A stretch of DNA of 64,000 nt from an uncultured Chloroflexia bacterium (GCA_963833225.1 CAWHXD010000008.1:768001-832000), one strand, 5' to 3'. Numbered from the stretch's first letter, positions 8,732 to 20,381 are shown. The notes: generated by a model not told the origin, from the sequence alone. A program made the numbers and translations.

Positions 8732-9952
8732 CTAGATCTCCTCCTGCTGGCCGCCGGCGGGGCGGGTGTTGAGCGCGGTCGCGGTGACCTCCTCGCCGCG
8801 CAGCGCGGGCAGGAGCACCTCGTCGACGAGCCGGCGCGTGGCCCCCCCGGGCGGGATGTCGAAGCTCGCCCTCGCGAAGCCGTCGACCCGGCCGAGATCG
8901 AAGGCTCCGGCGCGGATCAGCGCCGCAACCTCCGCGGTCGTGTCCGCGATGGGGCCGGGCGCGTCCGCCCGGAAGTCGAGGTAGAACCCTCGCTCCTGGT
9001 CATACGTGCCCTCGTCGGGCGCGAGGAAGATGATTGGCCGACCGAGCAGCGAGAACTCGTAGATGACGCTGGAGTAATCCGTGATCAGGATGTCCGAGAC
9101 GAGCATCAGCTCGTTCACATCCGGGTCGCCCGAGGCATCGATGACGAACGCGCGCAGCTCCTCGGGCACGACGACCGCATCACGGATGAACGGGTGGAGC
9201 TTGAGCAGCAGGACATGGTCCTCGCCAAGGACCCGGTGCATGACGTCGAGGTCGAGCAGGTCCGCATAGCGCGCCCGGCGGACGGACTCGCCCCGGAACG
9301 TGGGCGCGTAGAGGATCACCTTCCTGCCCGCCGGCAGCGGGTAGGTCGCCCGCACCCTCGCTTCGGCCGCCGCCCGGCGCTCGGGATCTCCAAACAGGTC
9401 CGTGCGAGGGATACCGATCCGCGACGTGAAGATGTCGCCCGGCTCGCCGAAGGCCTCCGCGTAATGCCGCGCGACCGACATCGAGGACACGAGGGCGATG
9501 CTGTAGTTGGAGTGGATCCGGACGTGCCTGATCATCTCCGCGTCGGCGCCGAACCCCTTGTCGATCACCGACATCCCGAACTTCTTGAACGCGCCCGCGG
9601 CATGCCACACCTGGACCCGGAGCGTCCCGGGGCGCGGCGTGACGACGTACATCGGGAAGAAGTAGTCGTCGACCACGGTGACGCGGGAGGCCGCCAGGTG
9701 ATAGCCGGCGCGCAGGGTCGTCAGGAGCGGCCCGAACCGGCTGAGCCAGCCGCCGCGCCGCAGGGTCACGATCTCGACCGGGATCGCCGGGTTGCGCGAA
9801 CGCAGCTCCTCCTCGATGAACCGCAGGTTGCCGGTGAGCGTGGTGAGGTGGGTCGTCGCGAGCACCACGCGCGCCTGCGGCTGGCGGAGCCCGCCAAGCG
9901 CGAAGCCCAGGCGGGTCAGGAGGGTCCGGGCGACCCGGCGCCGGCGGCTCAC
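8732..9952 (-). CDS. CDP-glycerol/ribitol glycerophosphotransferase family (TagB/TagF-like)
   Basis: QVWHAAGAFKKFG, GIPRTD, ILYAPTFRG, ITDYSS. Confidence 0.9.
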   Translation of the reverse strand: MSRRRRVARTLLTRLGFALGGLRQPQARVVLATTHLTTLTGNLRFIEEELRSRNPAIPVEIVTLRRGGWLSRFGPLLTTLRAGYHLAASRVTVVDDYFFPMYVVTPRPGTLRVQVWHAAGAFKKFGMSVIDKGFGADAEMIRHVRIHSNYSIALVSSMSVARHYAEAFGEPGDIFTSRIGIPRTDLFGDPERRAAAEARVRATYPLPAGRKVILYAPTFRGESVRRARYADLLDLDVMHRVLGEDHVLLLKLHPFIRDAVVVPEELRAFVIDASGDPDVNELMLVSDILITDYSSVIYEFSLLGRPIIFLAPDEGTYDQERGFYLDFRADAPGPIADTTAEVAALIRAGAFDLGRVDGFARASFDIPPGGATRRLVDEVLLPALRGEEVTATALNTRPAGGQQEEI

Positions 9953-10074
9953 CGGCGAGTGGCTTCGGGTTGGGCACGCATGGCGCGATGGTACCGACCA
10001 CGGCGCCGCGGCGTGCCTGCGCGGGCTACCCTGTCGGCAGACCAGCCACAGTCCCCCGGAGATCCATCGGGCCG

Positions 10075-11460
10075 ATGCAGATCCACGCCATCATCCTCGC
10101 CGGCGGCGACGGCAATCGCTTCGGCGGGGAGCTGCCCAAGCAGTTCGTGCGGCTGGCCGGGGACCCCATCCTGCTGCGCACCCTCCGCCGCCTGGCCGGC
10201 GCGCAGATCGAGCGCCTGGTGGTGGTCGCCCACCCCCGCTGGATCGAGGACACGAGGCGCCTCATCGCCGATGCGGCCCTGCCGCCGGGCATGGACGTGA
10301 TCGTCGTCGCAGGCGGCATGACCCGCAACGAGAGCACGCGCAACGGGCTGGCGGCCCTCGGTGGCGCCGACGACGACATCGTGCTGGTCCATGACGCCGT
10401 CCGGCCCCTGCTCCCGCTGGACGTGATCCAGCGCGCGATCGAGCCGATCATCTCCGGGCGGGCGGACGCCACCGACACGGTGATCCCCTCGGCCGACACG
10501 CTCGTGATCGTGGACGGCGAGGACGTCGCCGAGATCCCCGACCGGGGACGCTACCGTCGCGGGCAGACGCCGCAGACGTTCCGGGTCGGCGTGCTGCGGC
10601 GGGCGTACGCGGCGGCCGGGGCTGCGGGCGACCTGTCCGCGACCGACGACTGCTCGCTCGTGCTGCGCTACGTGCCCGAGGCCCGGATGCTCGCGGTGGC
10701 CGGCGACGAGATCAACATGAAGATCACGACCAGGATCGACATGGTGATGGCCGACCGCATGCTCCAGATGTCGGTGCTCGTGCCGGGCCCCGACCCGACA
10801 CCCATGTCCACGCTCGCCGGCGCCCGGGTGCTCGTCGTGGGCGGCACCACCGGCATCGGTCGGGCGATCGCGGAGCTGGCCGTCGAGCAGGGAGCGCGCG
10901 CCGAGGTTGCGGGCTCTTCGCTGGGGCTCGACGTTCGCGACTATGCCGCCGTGGAGGTCCGTGTCCGGGAGGCCGCCGCGGCGATGGGCGGGCTCGACCA
11001 CGTCGTGTGTACCGCGGGCGTGCTTCGGATCGGGCCCCTCGCGACCACGGATCCCGCGGTGCTGGCCCAGGTCGTCGACGTCAACCTGACGGGCAGCCTC
11101 AACGTGGCCCGGGCCGCGTATCCGTTCCTGAGCGAGAGCCACGGATCGATCACCTTCTTTGCCTCCTCGTCGTTCACCCGGGGCAGGCCCGACTACGTCG
11201 CCTACTCGGCGAGCAAGGCGGCGGTGGTCAACATGACCCAGGGCCTCGCCGACGAATGGGCGGCCGATGGGATCCGGGTCAACGCCGTCAGCCCCGAACG
11301 CACGGACACGCCCATGCGCCGCCTCGCATTCCCCGACGAGGACCGGTCCGGGATGATGGGCGCGGCGGATGTGGCCACGGCCACCCTGCGGCTGCTGCGG
11401 TCCGACCTGACGGGCCAGGTCGTGGACGTCAAGCGCCACGATGTCGCTGGGGCTTCTTGA
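10075..11460 (+). CDS. Bifunctional TarI/IspD-like cytidylyltransferase fused to SDR reductase (Bcs1-like CDP-ribitol synthesis)
   Basis: LAGGDGNRFG..PKQF, VHDAVRP, QTPQ; then GGTTGIG and YSASK. Confidence 0.88.
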   Translation: MQIHAIILAGGDGNRFGGELPKQFVRLAGDPILLRTLRRLAGAQIERLVVVAHPRWIEDTRRLIADAALPPGMDVIVVAGGMTRNESTRNGLAALGGADDDIVLVHDAVRPLLPLDVIQRAIEPIISGRADATDTVIPSADTLVIVDGEDVAEIPDRGRYRRGQTPQTFRVGVLRRAYAAAGAAGDLSATDDCSLVLRYVPEARMLAVAGDEINMKITTRIDMVMADRMLQMSVLVPGPDPTPMSTLAGARVLVVGGTTGIGRAIAELAVEQGARAEVAGSSLGLDVRDYAAVEVRVREAAAAMGGLDHVVCTAGVLRIGPLATTDPAVLAQVVDVNLTGSLNVARAAYPFLSESHGSITFFASSSFTRGRPDYVAYSASKAAVVNMTQGLADEWAADGIRVNAVSPERTDTPMRRLAFPDEDRSGMMGAADVATATLRLLRSDLTGQVVDVKRHDVAGAS

Positions 11461-12587
11461 GCACCCTCGAGTATCGGCTCTCGAGCATCCTCCTCCGGCT
11501 CCTGGGCCGGCTCTTCGATCGCCTTCCGGGCCGGCCGCGGCGCGTCGTCCTCGCGACCGCTCGCCTCGACCACCTCGAGGGGAACCTGCTCGCCATCCAC
11601 GACGCGATCCGCCGGCTGCGCCCGGACACCGAGATCGTGCTGCTGCTGGAGCCCTACGGGTACGGGCTGGCCGCCAAGCTCCGCTACCTGTTGCGAACGA
11701 TCCGCGGCACCTACCACGTGCGGACCGCGGGGCTGGTGGTCGTCGACAACGCCTACCTGCCCATCCACGTCGCGCCGCACCCGCCGCGGACCACCGTCGT
11801 CCAGGTCTGGCACGCGGCAGGGGCGCTCAAGCGCTTTGGGATGGACACCGTGGTCCCGCCGGCCGAGCCGGAGCGCACCTTCCTCCACCGCCACTACGAC
11901 TTCGTGGTGGCATCCGGCGAGCGCAGCCGCGCGCCGTGGTCGCGGGCACTGCGCACGCCGCAGGATCGCGTGCTCACGCTCGGGACGCCGCGCACGGACC
12001 CCCTCCTCGACGGAGCCGCGCTCGCCGACGCCAGGGCCCGGATCGTGGCTGCGCACCCGGAGCTCGCCGGGCGACGCGTCGTCCTCTGGGCGCCGACGTT
12101 CCGCGGACGGGGACGGGCCCGCACGGGGGCGATGGGTCTCGACGGCGTGCGTCTGCGCGAGCGGCTGCCGGCCGATGACTGGGTGCTCACGATGAAGACG
12201 CATCCCAATGTCGACCCCGCCGTCCAGCCGACCGCGGGCTTCGACGTCGTGGGTCGCCCGGCCGAGGATCTCAACGACTGGCTGGCCGCGGCCGACGTGC
12301 TGCTCACCGACTACAGCTCGGCGGTCTTCGAATGGGCCCTGCTGCGCCGGCCCCTGGTCCTGCTGGTGAACGACCTCGAGGCCTACGAGCAGGACCCCGG
12401 GCTGTACCTGGACTACCGGACCGACCTCGTGGGGACCCAGGTGCGGGACACGGACGCGGCCGCGGCCGCGATCCTCGGTGGGGCCGTCGACAGCGCGGCC
12501 TGGGATGCGTTCATCGCGGCCAACGTGGGTGCCTGCGACGGGCACGCGGCCGAACGATTCGTCGAGCGGTTCCTGCCGCCCCTGTGA
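11457..12587 (+). CDS. CDP-glycerol/ribitol glycerophosphotransferase family (TagB-like)
   Basis: TTG overlaps the upstream stop; QVWHAAGALKRFG, GTPRTD, WAPTFRG, LTDYSS. Confidence 0.88.
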   Translation: MSTLEYRLSSILLRLLGRLFDRLPGRPRRVVLATARLDHLEGNLLAIHDAIRRLRPDTEIVLLLEPYGYGLAAKLRYLLRTIRGTYHVRTAGLVVVDNAYLPIHVAPHPPRTTVVQVWHAAGALKRFGMDTVVPPAEPERTFLHRHYDFVVASGERSRAPWSRALRTPQDRVLTLGTPRTDPLLDGAALADARARIVAAHPELAGRRVVLWAPTFRGRGRARTGAMGLDGVRLRERLPADDWVLTMKTHPNVDPAVQPTAGFDVVGRPAEDLNDWLAAADVLLTDYSSAVFEWALLRRPLVLLVNDLEAYEQDPGLYLDYRTDLVGTQVRDTDAAAAAILGGAVDSAAWDAFIAANVGACDGHAAERFVERFLPPL

Positions 12588-12642
12588 GCGGGCCCCGGCT
12601 GCCGCGCTCCACGGGCGTGCGCTCTCAGGCACACTCTGGGTC

Positions 12643-13598
12643 ATGACTACCCGGATCATCCTTGACGTCGACACCGGCACCGACGACGCGGTCGCCCTGA
12701 TGACCGCAGCCCTGTCCCCTGACATCGACCTCGTGGGCGCGACGGTCGTGAATGGCAACACCGTGCTTGACTCGTGCGTGGAGAACACCCTCCGCGTGTT
12801 CGAGTGGATCGGCATGCCGGAGGTCCCGGTGTTCCGGGGCATGTCGCGGCCACTGGCCCGGCCCCAGGCGACCCAGCCCAACCCGGCGGGCCTGATCCAC
12901 GGCGACAAGCTTGACCTGCCCGAGGCAACCATCCGCCCGCAGGCGCAGCACGCCGTCGACTGGCTGATCGACACCTATCTCGCGTCGGACGGGGACATCA
13001 CCCTCGTTCCCGTTGGCCCGCTCACGAACATCGCCACGGCGATCCAGAAGGAGCCCGGATCCTCGAGAAGATCCCGGAGATCGTGATCATGGGCGGCGCC
13101 CACGATCACGGGAACGCGACGGCGTCGGCCGAGTTCAACATCTGGCTTGATCCCGATGCGGCACGGATCGTGGTCAACTGCGGGCGGCCGATCCGGATGC
13201 TGCCCCTCGACGCGACCCATCGGGCGCTGGTCTCGCTCGAGGACGCCGGCCGGCTGCGCGCCCTGGGCACCCCGGCCGGCGAGGCCGCATACCGGTTCAT
13301 CAGCAAGCGGATCGAGGGCTACGACGCGACCCAGCCGATGCCCCACCGGGCGGGCGCCGCGCCCGTGCACGACGCGCTGGCGGTATGCGCGGTCATCGAC
13401 CCGTCGGTGATCACGACCCACCACATTCCGGTGGACGTGGAGACCGGCGGTGAGCTGTCGGTGGGCCGGACGGTCTGCGACTTCCGCTTCCGGTCCGGCA
13501 AGCCTGCCAACATCCGGTTCGCGATGGACGCGGACGAGCCGAAGTTCGTCGCGATGCTGACCGACATCCTGGGGCGGACCGCCGACAGCAGCCGCTAG
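12643..13598 (+). CDS. Nucleoside hydrolase (IU-NH family); frameshift near 13060
   Basis: DVDTGTDD, VGPLTN, MGG, AEFNIWLDP, VHDA. Confidence 0.9.
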
Positions 13599-13620
13599 AC
13601 CGGACCGGCGACGGCGCGGG

Positions 13621-14460
13621 TCACCCGGTCCCCGGCCCGCGCGATTCGGCCGGCTCCCCAACCGCGCCGCGGGATCGCAGGCGGGCGCGCGTCGGTGCGT
13701 GGAGGACGAGATACCAGGTCGCGAGGACGCCGCTGACGATGACGACCGCCGTGTACACGACGAGGTTGGGCAGCAGCCCCGGGTCGATCTGGGGCAGGCG
13801 GACCAGGAACGGGACGACGAGCACGATGTCGTAGGCGAGGAACCCCGCGAGCTGCCCGCCGCCGTTCTCCCAGCGCCGGTCCACCAGCCCGTAGGCGAAG
13901 TACAGCGCGGCGCCGAGGAACATGCACCCGAACAGGGTTGACAGCTCCGGCGTGATCGCCCAGGGCAGGATGCCCGGCGCCTGGAGGACGAGCGCCAGGC
14001 CGACCGGCACCAGGGCGGCCGTGAACACCACGAAGGCGATGGCCACTGCCCTCGGCAGCGGCCGCGGATCGCGCCACGGGTGCCGAAGGGACCAGCGCAG
14101 CAGCCACAGCCCGAACAGGATCGCCACCACGCAGCTGGCGGCGAAAGCGGCGACGGCGGGGGCCCGGTCCGGCGCGGCCGAGAGGGCCGAGGCGAACGCC
14201 ACGATCGCGAACGGGACGAAGATCCCGGTGTAGTCGAGCGCGATGCCGGCGACCGCCCGCTCCGAGCCCTCCGCGAGACACCAGGCCGTGGACGCCGCCG
14301 CCGCGAGGAAGATCGATCCGATGAAGATGTTCGAGAGCGGCGTCCGGCCGTCGAAGGGGAACAGGGCGGTTGCCGCGGGCACGTTGAACGCGAACAGGAC
14401 CCCCACGACCGCCTGCACGGTCGCGATCACTGCCAAAAGGATGCCGACCGGTCCTCTCAT
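13621..14460 (-). CDS. Polytopic membrane protein with two related halves
   Basis: About 8 TM segments; FPF..TPLSNIFIGSIFLAAA resembles LPWAITPELSTLFGCMFLGAA. Confidence 0.7.
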   Translation of the reverse strand: MRGPVGILLAVIATVQAVVGVLFAFNVPAATALFPFDGRTPLSNIFIGSIFLAAAASTAWCLAEGSERAVAGIALDYTGIFVPFAIVAFASALSAAPDRAPAVAAFAASCVVAILFGLWLLRWSLRHPWRDPRPLPRAVAIAFVVFTAALVPVGLALVLQAPGILPWAITPELSTLFGCMFLGAALYFAYGLVDRRWENGGGQLAGFLAYDIVLVVPFLVRLPQIDPGLLPNLVVYTAVVIVSGVLATWYLVLHAPTRARLRSRGAVGEPAESRGPGTG

Positions 14461-14571
14461 CCTCTGCCTCCCCGCGGCCTCCGGTGGCGGGCCTGATGCG
14501 CCGGGCCCCTACCCTACAGGTGTGCCCCAGCCCGGGCAATGCCCCGAAGGGCAGATCGGCCGGAGGCGGGT

Positions 14572-15982
14572 CTACGGGCCGAGGTGGTACCCCATCCGGC
14601 GCGGCAGCCTGGCCACGAAGTCCGTCACCGGATCCACGCGGCCCGTGCCGTCGAGGGCGTTGTCGCGACGGACCGTGGCGGCATTCACGATCGCCGCCCC
14701 GACGCTCCGGAACGGCTGCGGTGGGAAGCGGCGCGGCTCCATGTCCACGATCGGCAGGCGGGTGTCTGCCGTCTCGCGGCCGAGCACCTTGGCCGCCAGC
14801 ACCTTGCCCATCAGGTGGGCCGGCCCCACGCCATTGCCTGTGTAGCCAAGCGCGTAGTGGACCCGGCCGCCCTGGAGGGTTCCGGCGAACGGGATGTGCG
14901 GTCGCCGCGACGTCGATCGGACCGCCCCAGCGCGCCTCGATGGGCACGTCGCGGAACCGGGGGAAGAAGCGGTGGATCGCGTCGATCGCCCGTTGGGTGC
15001 CCGCGGCGTCGTCGTCGAACTGGGGGCCGATCGACCCGTCCCACGTTCCCCGCTCCCCACCGACGCCGAGGGCGATCCGCCCGTCCGGCGTCGTGCGCAG
15101 GTAGCGCAGGGCCGCGCGGTAGTCGTAGATGGAGACGCCGGTCGTCCAGCCGATCTCCGCGAGCAGCTCGGGGGCTGGGGCGGTGATCGCCATGTACGAG
15201 GCTCGAGGGACGATGGACGACCCGAACCGCTTCGTCGTGCCGGCCCAGGCGTTGATCGCGAGGACCACGTGGCCGGCCCGGACGCTGCCCCCTGGCGTGA
15301 TCACGGCGAGACGCTCGTCGGGCCGCAGCCGGGTGACGGGTGTGTGCTCGTGGATCCTCACCCCGGCGTCCATGGCCACCCGCCGAAGACCCCGGGCGAG
15401 GCGGGCCGGCTGGACCGTCCCACCGTCCGCGACGAGATGGCCCCCCTCGAACACGGGCGAGTCGCAATACCCGCGGAGCTCGTCCTTCGAGAGGAAGCGG
15501 TAGTGATCCTCGATGCCCAGCTCGCGGGCGGTCTGGAGTGGCTCGTGCCAGCCGCCGACCTGGGCCGGTGATGAGGCCACACCGATGAAGCCGTCCTGCC
15601 GGAACCAAGCGTCCACGCCCTGCCCGTCCATCCACGCTGCCAGCTCCGCGATGGTCCTGGCGCCGGCATCGATGACCGCGAGCGCACCGTCCGGTCCGAA
15701 CAGCGTACGCAGGGTGCCGGCGTGATCGTAGAACCCGTTGATGAACCCACCGTTACGGCCCGATGGGCCGAATCCGCATTCGTCGCGCTCGAGCACGACC
15801 ACGCGGATCCCGGGGCTCTGCCGCACCAGCTGCCAGGCCGCCCACAGTCCCGTGTAGCCACCTCCGATCACGGCGACGTCCGCGTCGATGTCCCGATCCA
15901 GGGCGGGCGCCGGATCGCCGCGGAACTCCGGGTGGGCGAGCGCCTCGCCGAGCCACCAGCAGGATTGGGCGATGTCGGTCAT
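14572..15982 (-). CDS. FAD-dependent oxidoreductase (DadA/PuuB family); frameshift near 14895
   Basis: IGGGYTGLW, GPSGRNGG, VQPARL, GYTGNGVGP. Confidence 0.88.
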
Positions 15983-16157
15983 GTCCCAATGGTGCCGCAG
16001 CCCGGCCCTGTCGGCGCCGGGATCGCGCTGCGCGGGACCGGGTCGGCTGACCCGACCTGGGCCTCGCCCGTTCGGGCCGGATGGCCGCAGGCGGCGGCGC
16101 CGAGCGAGGAGTAGGGTTGCCGCGAGGGCCGTGGAGCCGCGCGGCAAGGAGGTGACC

Positions 16158-17133
16158 GTGACCACGCTGCATCAGGATCCCGCCGCGACGGGGACCGGGG
16201 GCGAAACCGAGCGGCGAGTCGTGACCATCTCGGGCCGCGACCAGCTGGACCCCAGCGAGCCCTGGGAGACACCGGCGACCGAGGCTGACATCAAGGAGCT
16301 CTCGACGCGCCGGTTCGAGCGCCTTCCCCACCGCCCCATGAACAGCAGCGAGGTGCCGGCGGGTGCCCTCGACGCCCTGCGACCGGTGGTCGGCGATGTC
16401 GGCCTCCACCAGCTGTTCGTGATCCCGCGGGCCGCGCGCGTGGCGGGGACGGACCGGGCGGCCTGGGTGCTGAGCCCGACAGAGGTCCTGGCCGTGGGCG
16501 CGGACCGGCTGGCGGTCTGGCTCAACGATCCGGCCGGGGCCCGGATCCGGGCGAACCTGCCGATCAGCGAGATCGTGGCGGTGCTCGATCGGACGGTTCT
16601 GCTCCACGGCCGGCTCGAGCTCGTGAGCCGCGATACGTCGATCGTCATCCGCTACAACACCGTTGGCCGGCCCGAGATTTCGCGCCCTGCTCGGACCGAT
16701 CCGGGCGGCGGCGGTGCCCGCGGAGACCCCGCTGCCAACGGACACCGGCAGTGACCCGGTCACCCTCCCGCACAAATGGATGGCCCTGGTCCGGTCGACG
16801 GAGGTCTCGGAGGATCACACTGCGGCCATGGTCGTCGCGGCGGGTGACCTGACCAACCGGGCGCCGCTCCTGCACAACGGGGTCGCGGTGCTGACGGCCC
16901 GGGAGCTCGTGGTCGCCACCGACCCGACGCCAGACGTCCACATGGCGCCGTACGGGTTCGACCTGACGGTCGTGTCCCGGTCGCGATTGCTGGGCCTCGA
17001 CGGCGCCGGATCGACGCTGGTGATCACGGCCGACGCCGCACCCGGCCGGGTGGAGCTGCGGATCGCGGCCCACGCGTCGCTCGTGGCCGAGGCCGTCGAG
17101 CTGCTGGGGCCGCTGGTTGCCGCCAGGTCCTGA
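16158..17133 (+). CDS. Hypothetical protein; frameshift near 16680
   Basis: AAGGAGG RBS then GTG; ORFs 15888-16754 and 16663-17133 join plausibly. Confidence 0.6.
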
Positions 17134-17195
17134 CGTCCGGCCCGCACGGAACGGCATTCCGGCGGCCGCGCGCCGCGCCACGACCTGGCGGAGGC

Positions 17196-18317
17196 TCAGC
17201 CGCCGTCGGCCACGATCTCCGTAACGGCCACGCGGCGGCCCTCCCGGGCGCTCCGATCCGCGGCCGCGAGCACGCGCTGCACGGCGAGCCCGTCGGCGAA
17301 GTCAGGGGTGGTCCTCCGGCCGGCCGCAATCGAGCTGACGAACGCCCGGGTCATGCTGTCCTGGGTGCGGAAGACGTCGCGATAGGTGTTGTGCACCGTG
17401 TCCCGGCGGGCCCCGTTGAAGATCCGGTCCGGGATCGGCATCTCGTGCGGCGCGGCTTCGTCCGCACGGCAGCCGTCCAGGCGCTGCACGGTCAGCCAGT
17501 CGCACACCGTGCGCAGGGTCCCCTCGCTGCCATGGAGGTCCATCTCGTGTCGCTGGCCGAACGGCCCGGGCTCGTGGGCCAGCGAGGTCATGTGGAGCGA
17601 GCCGGTCGCGCCGTTCTCGAACTCGAGGAGCATGAGCGCGGCGTCCTCGGCGACCTCGTACGGCGCCCCGTCGGGGCGCGGGCCGCGCGGGACGAGGTGG
17701 CTGTACACCGCGGTGACCGCGGCGATGTCCCCGAAGTACCAGCGCGCCATGTCCACCCAGTGTGACCCGAGATCGCCCGAGATCCCCGACCCCGCTTCGC
17801 CCACGTCGAACCGCCAGGCATAGGCGCCCGAACGCCCGAACCCGGTGTAGTAGCGGAGATTGAGGTGATACGGCTGCCCGAGCCACCCCTCGTCGAGCAG
17901 CTCCTTCAGGTACCGGTTGACCGGCATGAACCGGTACGTGAACGGGACCATCGTGGTGACCCCGGCCCGCTCCGCGGCCTCCGTGAGCAGGCGGGCCTCC
18001 CGCGCGGTCATCCCGAGCGGCTTCTCGCACAGCACGTGGAGGCCGCGCTCAAGGCCGGCCATCGCGCACTCGAAGTGGGCCTTGTTGGGCGTCAGGACCA
18101 GCAGGGCGTCGAGGGGCTCGGCATCGAGCAGCTCCTCGAGCGTGTCGTACGCGTGAGGAATCCCCCAGCGCGTCGCAAACTCGCGGGTGTGCTCGGTCCG
18201 GCGGCCGCCCGCGATGCCCCGGATGTCCGCCTGCGGGTGGTCCGCGATGGCAGGCAGGTACATCGCGTCGGCCCACCAGCTGGTGCCGGCGATCCCGATC
18301 CGCACCTTGTCGCTCAT
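17196..18317 (-). CDS. Gfo/Idh/MocA oxidoreductase
   Basis: HVLCEKPL, GDLGSHWVD. Confidence 0.9.
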   Translation of the reverse strand: MSDKVRIGIAGTSWWADAMYLPAIADHPQADIRGIAGGRRTEHTREFATRWGIPHAYDTLEELLDAEPLDALLVLTPNKAHFECAMAGLERGLHVLCEKPLGMTAREARLLTEAAERAGVTTMVPFTYRFMPVNRYLKELLDEGWLGQPYHLNLRYYTGFGRSGAYAWRFDVGEAGSGISGDLGSHWVDMARWYFGDIAAVTAVYSHLVPRGPRPDGAPYEVAEDAALMLLEFENGATGSLHMTSLAHEPGPFGQRHEMDLHGSEGTLRTVCDWLTVQRLDGCRADEAAPHEMPIPDRIFNGARRDTVHNTYRDVFRTQDSMTRAFVSSIAAGRRTTPDFADGLAVQRVLAAADRSAREGRRVAVTEIVADGG

Positions 18318-18357
18318 GGCGCCCCTCCCAGGGTGGCACCCGACGTGGGCACCCGAC

Positions 18358-19257
18358 TCAGATCCCGATCGACCGCAGGTACTCGCGGTTGCGACGGGCG
18401 CTCTCCCTGGGGTTGCCCATTCCCGGCAGGATGTCCTGCTCCACCACGATCCAGCCGCCGTAGCCGATCCCATGCAGGGCCGCAAGCACGCCCGGGAAGT
18501 CCACGCAGCCCTTGCCCAGCTCACAGAACACGCCATGCCCGGTGGCCGTGAGGCCGTCCCACTCCTGGCGGCGGGACTCCTCGATCACGGCCGGGTCCGC
18601 GTCCTTGAAGTGGACGTGCCAGATGCGGTCGCCGAACTCCGCGACGGCATCGACCGGGTTCTCGCCGGTGCCGAACCGCCAGTGCCCGGTATCGAGGCAG
18701 ATCCCCAGGACGTCCGGATCGGTCATGGCCATCAGCCGACGCATCTCCGCACCGGTCTCGATGAGGGTGCCCATGTGCTGGTGCACCACCGTGCGAACCC
18801 CGGCCTCGTCCCGCACCCGGCGGGCGAGACGGTTGGCGGCTGCCGCGTAGACCTCCCAGCCCTCGTCCGAGAGGCCCATCTCGGGGGTGATCCGGCCGGC
18901 GTTCCTGCCCCGGACGGGGTCACCGTAGGGGTCGTTGCCGAGCACGATCATGGTGTTCGGCCCGCCGACCGCAGCGAGCAGCTTGCCGATCCTGACGGCG
19001 TCCTCTTCGCCCTGCGCATGGCGTGCCGGATCCTGGAGCCAGGGGGTGGCGAACGAGGCGAGCATCTCGAGACCGCGGGCATCCAGCTCGGCCCGGAGGG
19101 CATCGGGGTCAGTGGGCATGAACCCCCAGTCCCCGAGCTCGGTGCCGGCGTACCCGGTTTCGGCCATCTCGTCGAGGACCTGGCGGTAGCCGCCGGTCTC
19201 GCCCTCGACGTTCTCGATGACGCCCCACGAGCAGGGCGCGTTGGCGACGCGGATCAT
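18358..19257 (-). CDS. iolE: Myo-inosose-2 dehydratase-like TIM barrel
   Basis: [38 protein letters not shown]; in the iol cluster. Confidence 0.8.
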   Translation of the reverse strand: MIRVANAPCSWGVIENVEGETGGYRQVLDEMAETGYAGTELGDWGFMPTDPDALRAELDARGLEMLASFATPWLQDPARHAQGEEDAVRIGKLLAAVGGPNTMIVLGNDPYGDPVRGRNAGRITPEMGLSDEGWEVYAAAANRLARRVRDEAGVRTVVHQHMGTLIETGAEMRRLMAMTDPDVLGICLDTGHWRFGTGENPVDAVAEFGDRIWHVHFKDADPAVIEESRRQEWDGLTATGHGVFCELGKGCVDFPGVLAALHGIGYGGWIVVEQDILPGMGNPRESARRNREYLRSIGI

Positions 19258-19349
19258 GTGTTGCGGCTCCTTGGGACGCCATGGGCGGCCCGGCAGGCAG
19301 CGGCCGCCGGGCGTGGTGAGGAAGGTGCGTCAGGGGTGAGGAAGGCGCG

Positions 19350-20381
19350 TCAGGCGGTGACCTCGTCGAGACGGACGGGCCGGTTCTCCCGCCAGCTGCG
19401 AGTGCAGGCGACGGCGAGACGCAGGGTCTCGTAGGCGTCGTCGGGTCCGGGACCCACGGGGCGGCCGGCGCCGAGATCCTCGAAGAAGACCTCGAGCTCG
19501 CGCCGGTAGGCCACCTCGAACCGGTCCATGAAGTCCGGGTAGAGATCGCCCTCCCAGCCGACGCGCCGGAACTGCGTGGCCGGGGTCATCTGCCCGCCGT
19601 CCACGACCACCTTGGCCACCGATCCGGCGACCTCGGCGCGGATGTCGTAGCCCCAGGTCGAGTGCCGGGCCGTCTCGACCACGCCGAGCGCTCCGTTGCG
19701 GAACTTCATCATGATCACCGAGGTGTCCCAGTCGTCCGCCTTGGCGAAGCGCTCGTCGAACAGGACGGACGCCCAGGCGTGGACCTCCTCCACCTCGCCC
19801 ACGAGGAAGCGGGCAACGTCGAGGTCGTGAACGGACATGTCGAGGAACGAGCCGCCGCAGGTGAGCAGGAACTCGAGCGGGGGCGGATTGGTATCCCGGG
19901 ACAGGGCACGGAACTGCTCGATCCGGCCCAGCTCGCCGGCATCGATCATCTGCTTGGCCTTCGCGTAGCCCGGATCGAACCGGCGCATGAAGCCGACCTG
20001 GACGGGGAGCTCCGTCTCGCGCCACAGGTCCACGATCCGCTTGGTGTCGGACAGCTCCTGGGCGATCGGCTTCTCGGTCCAGACCGCCTTGCCCGCCCGC
20101 AGGGCCGCCTCGATATAGGTGGCATGGGTGGTCGTGGGCGTGTTGATGACCACGGCCTCGACGGCGGGGTCGCGGATGGCGTCGAGCGGGTCCTGCGTGG
20201 CCCGCTGCGCGCGGGCGAGATCCATACCGGCCTGGGCGGCCTCGGCATTGGGGTCCGCCACGACCACGACGTTGGCGTTGGGGATCGCGCCGAGGTTGCG
20301 GACGTGGACTCGGCCCATCCGGCCGGCACCGAGGACGGCGACACCGATACGGCTCGGGTCGCGGAGGGCGAACGTGGCCAT
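19350..20381 (-). CDS. iolG: Inositol 2-dehydrogenase
   Basis: GAGRMGRVH, EKPI, QVGFMRRFDP, DMSVHDLD. Confidence 0.85.
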   Translation of the reverse strand: MATFALRDPSRIGVAVLGAGRMGRVHVRNLGAIPNANVVVVADPNAEAAQAGMDLARAQRATQDPLDAIRDPAVEAVVINTPTTTHATYIEAALRAGKAVWTEKPIAQELSDTKRIVDLWRETELPVQVGFMRRFDPGYAKAKQMIDAGELGRIEQFRALSRDTNPPPLEFLLTCGGSFLDMSVHDLDVARFLVGEVEEVHAWASVLFDERFAKADDWDTSVIMMKFRNGALGVVETARHSTWGYDIRAEVAGSVAKVVVDGGQMTPATQFRRVGWEGDLYPDFMDRFEVAYRRELEVFFEDLGAGRPVGPGPDDAYETLRLAVACTRSWRENRPVRLDEVTA

